Of a DNA stretch of 64,000 nucleotides, positions 59,647 through 64,000 are shown in pieces. Both the position numbers and the translations under genes were made by a program. The stretch is from Methanotrichaceae archaeon (GTDB lineage: Archaea; Halobacteriota; Methanosarcinia; Methanotrichales; Methanotrichaceae). Location: assembly GCA_963803145.1 (NCBI GenBank), contig CAWDLW010000016.1:78239-142238 (forward strand), in the 5' to 3' direction. Positions within the stretch are counted from its first letter, which is position 1, and every line of letters starts with the position of its first letter. Under the pieces are notes generated by a model. The model made no database searches and was not told the DNA's origin. It worked only from the letters and a program-made list of their open reading frames with translations.

Positions 59647-59705
59647 TTACCACTTCATTGATCATGTGCTGCCGTAAGCCGTCAACCTGCATCCGCTTGT
59701 TTGTA
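59647..59705 (-). other. attC-like site (R' degenerate)
   Basis: TACAAAC AAGCG GATGCAG...TGATC just after the SDR stop. Confidence 0.6.
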
Positions 59706-59711
59706 GCCTTT

Positions 59712-60473
59712 TTATCGCATGAATAATCCGCCATCTACAAAGAAATTCTGCCCAGTGATGTACTTCCCCGTTTCCACCAGAAAGAGCATCATCGAGGCAA
59801 TATCCTCGGGATTTCCCAATCTTGCCATTGGAATATCTTGTTCGTAACGTTCTCGATTGTGCGTATCATCAAACTGATATCGCTTTCGCAGTTCCTCTGT
59901 ATCTATCCGCCCCGGCGTTACGGTATTTACCCGAATATTGGGGGCTAATTCCATTGCCATACACTTTGTTAACGCCAATATACCTGCTCTAGCACTGCAA
60001 TAGTTCGCACCGTTCTTCCGTCCCTTCACGGCCGTCACCGCACCAATATTGATAATGTTACCAGCTTTACCCCTATATCGTCGGGCAAATTCTTGTGAGC
60101 ACATGAAAGTCCCGTTCAGTATGGTTGATACTACCGTATCCCATTCATCATCTGACATTTCCATAAAGGGCTTATCCCGATTGACACCAGCATTATTGAT
60201 AAGAACATCCATCCTTCCAAATTTCTGATAGGCTTGCTCAAATAGGGATTGAACTTCAGCTCGATAGCGAACATCCGCCTGAATGGCTACTGCCTGGGCT
60301 GCGTTCCAATCATGCAACAAGGAGTCAGCAAACCTGGCAGCTTGTTCGGCTCCACGACGATGATTCAGCACTATGGCATAACCTGCACGAGCAAAAGCTT
60401 GGGCAGTTGCTCGACCAATGTCGCTTAGTGCTCCGGTGATTAGTATGACTTTTACATCCGCAGTGTTGAACAT
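59712..60473 (-). CDS. short-chain dehydrogenase/reductase (FabG-like)
   Basis: ITGA...IG, NNAG, YCSAR (Lys replaced by Arg), ITGQ...VDGG. Confidence 0.9.
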   Translation of the reverse strand: MFNTADVKVILITGALSDIGRATAQAFARAGYAIVLNHRRGAEQAARFADSLLHDWNAAQAVAIQADVRYRAEVQSLFEQAYQKFGRMDVLINNAGVNRDKPFMEMSDDEWDTVVSTILNGTFMCSQEFARRYRGKAGNIINIGAVTAVKGRKNGANYCSARAGILALTKCMAMELAPNIRVNTVTPGRIDTEELRKRYQFDDTHNRERYEQDIPMARLGNPEDIASMMLFLVETGKYITGQNFFVDGGLFMR

Positions 60474-60615
60474 TATCAGTCGCCTCTCATTGAATTGGCA
60501 TTTGAAGGCCACCAATTGCGAGTTGAGCAGAACCCCCTCGGGCGCATTGCTGTATTGAACTACTTCCTGCCAATAATCTAGCTCCCTCACTCTATTAACT
60601 GCAACTGCCTCGCGA

Positions 60616-60657
60616 TTGCTTGAACTATGAAGATGTCCATAAATTCCTCTAAGCGCC
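60616..60657 (-). repeat. second copy of the GNAT cassette head (first copy 53126-53167)
   Basis: 40/42 identical; includes the RBS and MDI(S/F)IVQA. Confidence 0.9.
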
Positions 60658-60730
60658 AACGTTACTCCTGAGCATTCCTAGTGAGGCCGTCCGCGATATT
60701 GCTGGGATATGCTCCGGCAGATTGTTCGGT
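60654..60730 (-). other. attC site (best preserved)
   Basis: ACCGAAC AATCT GCCGGAGCAT...ATGCTCAGG AGTAAC GTTGGCG, 77 bp; GCACCGAAC perfectly complements the cassette start GTTCGGTGC at 61617. Confidence 0.85.
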
Positions 60731-61594
60731 GCCTCTGTGATTTCTTCGGATGCCCCACTGAAAGGTCTTTGGAAGTTTCCCCGGTCTGACCCAGAGGACA
60801 GCACCATCCTTTAGGCTAAATTCATACTCCCACGGTTTGGCGTCTTTGGGCCTTGGCGTGATGTCCGCTGGCAGGTACGGCTTGACGGCTAGATGTTCGA
60901 CCCAATGAGGTTCGGTGATCTCAAAACTCGTCCATCCCAAACCAGCATCACAGAGCTGCCAGAGGGTTCCATCCTGCATCTCGAAAACGAGGGGCTTTCT
61001 TCCATCCGGCAAATCGAACTCCCATACCCGAACAAGACGTTGCTTTTGCTTCAGTTTCTTATTTCGTTCCTTTACTACATCCTTGCCCGGGAGGGGTTCC
61101 ATGCCCTCGCCTGAAAGGATTAGCGCAAAGGAGGCCTGAAGAATGTCATCTGTAATGCCAAGTTCATTTTGTCTATTGTGAGACCACGCAGTTGTTTCCT
61201 CATCCAACCGGCTGAAGATTGCAGCGTAGCCGTCAAGTTCTTCAATGAGTTGCTGAATGTTCTCAGCCCGAAACATCAGCTGCGCTCGGTCGAACCAAAA
61301 ATGATGGGCAAGGAAGTTCCTTTTCTCTCGCACTTCTTCCAATCGGGTCGAATACTCGGCTGGAATCCTGCCAGCCAGTTCGGTGATAACCTGGCCAAGG
61401 GTCAGGGAGAACGCATTGGCGAGGTGTTCCTCGACGCGTGGACGTGTGATCATATCCCTCTGTGGGAGATCGGACATCGCCAGGATAATGCACAGCTCGC
61501 GGTGCAGGACTTCGCTATAATAGTAGGCGAGACCAAAGCGTGCGTACATTTCCCGCACGAGATCTTCGGTTGGCTCATTGGTGACAACCATCAC
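60662..61594 (-). CDS. hypothetical protein with HEPN-like Rx4H motif (cassette)
   Basis: TLGQ.I..L...KRNFLAHH; the ORF reads into the attC. Confidence 0.75.
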   Translation of the reverse strand: MMVVTNEPTEDLVREMYARFGLAYYYSEVLHRELCIILAMSDLPQRDMITRPRVEEHLANAFSLTLGQVITELAGRIPAEYSTRLEEVREKRNFLAHHFWFDRAQLMFRAENIQQLIEELDGYAAIFSRLDEETTAWSHNRQNELGITDDILQASFALILSGEGMEPLPGKDVVKERNKKLKQKQRLVRVWEFDLPDGRKPLVFEMQDGTLWQLCDAGLGWTSFEITEPHWVEHLAVKPYLPADITPRPKDAKPWEYEFSLKDGAVLWVRPGKLPKTFQWGIRRNHRGTEQSAGAYPSNIADGLTRNAQE

Positions 61595-61610
61595 TGTCCT
61601 CTCTTATTGC

Positions 61611-61662
61611 ACCGAACGCGGCACGGCAGCAGCCTGCGCCCGGCTGCATGCGCTGGTTATAA
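61611..61662 (-). other. attC-like site
   Basis: TTATAAC CAGCG CATGCAGCC...GGCTGCTGC...GTTCGGT, 52 bp; the stop of an upstream ORF fragment lies in R''. Confidence 0.75.
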
Positions 61663-61837
61663 GGCTATTCTATGTTGTTGCTTCCTAATCTGCTTGACCT
61701 TTTCCCATAATAAATTTACCTGCAAAATATTCTTCTGTATTTGTCTGTCTTCTTCCACAATCCAGAAATCAAGCCCGACCTTCTTGATGTAGCAGGGATT
61801 GTATAATTTTGTATTGTGTGAATAATGATCGGCCATA

Positions 61838-64000
61838 TCAGCCATTGGTATGTCCGACAGTTGCTTCACACTTGCCCTCACCATAAGGCGTTCTGGCGCT
61901 CCGCGGGAAAAACGCATCGCGCAGTCTCCAGACGGCTTCCATCGTAAGGGCTTCGCCGTCAAAGATGATCTTGAGACTCTCTTTGTCCTCTCGGTTCATC
62001 AGGTAGTTTGTCACGTTCATCCAGCGGATTATTCCTCCATCGGTTCGTTCGTCAGTCTGGCGGACGACGAGATATACATCCACAGGAATACTGATCCAAT
62101 ATTCCAGGTGACGGTCGTTCTTCACGTCGAAGACTTCTCGGCCGTCTCTCTGGCGCGTCCGCGAGTAGTAATTGCCACTCTTAAGTTGCACGTAGATCTT
62201 CTTCCCGCTCGGCTGGCCGTCGTTGTCCTTGAATTCCACCTCGCCATCGATACCGTAATCGAACTTGCTTACCTGGCGGAAAACCTGGTTCGCCTCTCCA
62301 CAAATAGCCATCATGTGGCCGATTAGGATTTGTTCCAGCGCATGTTTGTCGAGTTCCCACGTGGCCGTCTTCTCCATGGACAAGATCTTTTGTGCTACCG
62401 GATCGCTCTTCAGGCGCAGCTCGATGAAGTCAATAAGATCGACCTCGGTGCGGCACTTCTGACAGACAATCGTTTTCTGACCATCGGCGAGCAGTTCCTG
62501 AATTAGCTCCAAGTCCTTGAAGGGTCGACCGCATTCGTTGCAGATATACCGCCGGTCACGGCTTACGTTGCAGGCGTATCGGGCAAGGTGCTGATGGACA
62601 TATTCGATGAATACCGCCTTCAACTCATCCGAAACATCCTTGTCGAAATATAGGCTGATCGTGGCTTCACCTTCGCCTTGCTTATGGGTTAGCTTCAGCC
62701 CAAGCGAGTCCTTTTTTGGTGACACAAACTCCGCCGCATTTCGCCAAAGCTCTTTATGCTTGAATTCGTGGCTGTACCATAAGCGCACCACTAGCGTCGT
62801 CCAGATCGTCTGCCACTCGCCGTTGAAGGTATAGGAGACGAAAATGTTTGGGTCGTGTGGAATATCCTTTTCGCGACGGTATTGTGAAGGAAAGACCAAT
62901 TCTCGGCCCTGTGGCGTCTCTTCAGCAATGCATAGCGAGTGATCGAGAAACGTCTGCACCATTGCCCGCAGCAGCAGTTCTTCGTCCGGTCGAGGCAGCC
63001 GATCGACGCCCGTGAAGTCAAAGTCCGGCTTGTAGATGTCTGCCTCCAGCACGCAGCCTATCTCGTCCAGATGGGTGCGGGCGGCGCGGATGATCGCCCC
63101 AGCGTAGCCGTTCATTAATTCGGGATGTAGCAGCACCAGGTCACCGAACTTCAGCGGAAGAGCTAAGCCCTGATTGGACAGCAGGGTCACCGCCGTTCGA
63201 ACTTCGGACTCGCCGACCCGCTCTCCCGGTAGGGCCTGCTCCAGACGTTGCCTTAACTCTACGAATCGCAGCAGTCGGATGTCGGCCGAATCACGCATCT
63301 TCAGCAGGGCGCTCTTTAGCTCGGCCAGAAGCCGCGTCGTGGCGGTCCACGGCAGTGTCTCCCAGGGGATGCTATTGGCAATAAGCTGCTTCAGCTTCGA
63401 GGGTTGTCCCTCGTTCCCCCTGTCCGAGCAGTTCTCTCCTGTCTTGGCGCTAGTGTCCAGCCAGTTGGCGAAGTGGTTTTCTTGGGCAAATCGTTCGATC
63501 TTGGCGTTGCTGATCTTCTTGCCCCCGACATCGACCTGGGAGAAGATCAGGAGCCGGGCAGTCTCGCGTTTCGCTTCTTGGTTGCTGGCGGTATCGAGTG
63601 CCTTAAGCCAGTCGCCGGCCTCGGCAAAGGGGTCGTCCTTCTGCGGGTTAATCAGCAGCAGGGCTAGCGCGGTCTCGTCGAGGAACAGCCGGTGGATCAG
63701 ACGGTAGTCTTCCTGCCCAGCCAGGTCCCAGAGCAGGGCCTCTCGGTCAAGGGTGGCATCAGGAGGCAGCAGAAGCGCCAGCGGCCAGACGTTCATGCCG
63801 TGGGTACGGTCTTTCACCACGTACTCATCTTCAACCAACCGATATGCCAGCGATGTCTTGCCGACTGCGCCTTCGCCGAGCAACACGACCTTGGCGTTTA
63901 CATAACGGCGCGTAGGTTCGGCCGCCGGAGCTGCGCGACCGCCAGTGAAGCGATAGATGTATATTGCGAATTGTGATTTTGCAGAGCCAATCAGTAATCT
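61838..64000 (-). CDS. Roc-COR GTPase with zinc ribbon and C-terminal DUF4365-like nuclease domain (5'-partial)
   Basis: GEGAVGKTS, WDLAGQ, TSAKTG; CNEC...CQKC; DYGIDGEVE...VQLKSG; frame open to base 64000. Confidence 0.85.
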   Translation of the reverse strand, partial: RLLIGSAKSQFAIYIYRFTGGRAAPAAEPTRRYVNAKVVLLGEGAVGKTSLAYRLVEDEYVVKDRTHGMNVWPLALLLPPDATLDREALLWDLAGQEDYRLIHRLFLDETALALLLINPQKDDPFAEAGDWLKALDTASNQEAKRETARLLIFSQVDVGGKKISNAKIERFAQENHFANWLDTSAKTGENCSDRGNEGQPSKLKQLIANSIPWETLPWTATTRLLAELKSALLKMRDSADIRLLRFVELRQRLEQALPGERVGESEVRTAVTLLSNQGLALPLKFGDLVLLHPELMNGYAGAIIRAARTHLDEIGCVLEADIYKPDFDFTGVDRLPRPDEELLLRAMVQTFLDHSLCIAEETPQGRELVFPSQYRREKDIPHDPNIFVSYTFNGEWQTIWTTLVVRLWYSHEFKHKELWRNAAEFVSPKKDSLGLKLTHKQGEGEATISLYFDKDVSDELKAVFIEYVHQHLARYACNVSRDRRYICNECGRPFKDLELIQELLADGQKTIVCQKCRTEVDLIDFIELRLKSDPVAQKILSMEKTATWELDKHALEQILIGHMMAICGEANQVFRQVSKFDYGIDGEVEFKDNDGQPSGKKIYVQLKSGNYYSRTRQRDGREVFDVKNDRHLEYWISIPVDVYLVVRQTDERTDGGIIRWMNVTNYLMNREDKESLKIIFDGEALTMEAVWRLRDAFFPRSARTPYGEGKCEATVGHTNG

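Larger units (their letters stand above)
49354..61662 (-). mobile_element. integron-like gene-cassette array (CALIN-like; no intI in the window)
   Basis: About eleven attC-like hairpins of 51-77 bp between co-oriented unrelated genes; several stop codons lie inside R''; cassette start and end boxes are complementary. Confidence 0.8.

Noticed and set aside
1-64000. CRISPR array, rRNA or tRNA genes
   Set aside because: No regularly spaced identical repeats and no recognisable rRNA or tRNA sequence seen by eye; the attC-like sites differ in sequence and are gene-spaced
1-64000. Integron integrase, hgcA or hgcB within the window
   Set aside because: No ORF shows tyrosine-recombinase R-H-x-x-R-Y motifs or the HgcA cap-helix motif

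Overview
Archaeal methanogen chromosome segment; the gene set (porCDAB, purO, ftr, archaeal aroA', PIN-ATPase) suggests Methanothrix/Methanotrichaceae (inference). It has three zones. (1) 1-18.5 kb is mostly core metabolism. (2) About 18.5-47 kb is a large arsenic/thiol-redox island: arsM, frameshifted arsC, acr3, two ArsP-like permeases, five to six ArsR-type regulators, an HgcC-like protein, CcdA/thioredoxins, two ABC exporters, an exported rhodanese-like protein, a DsrEFH-like sulfur relay and a secreted Asn/Gln/Cys repeat protein. (3) About 49.3-64 kb is a run of co-oriented minus-strand genes separated by about eleven attC-like hairpins, read here as a decaying integron gene-cassette array with no integrase in the window. 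It includes two homologous ORF-less cassettes, an IS630 insertion and several candidate defence genes. An 85-bp MITE of the same IS630 lies at 32.5 kb. All calls come from reading motifs by eye; no searches were run.
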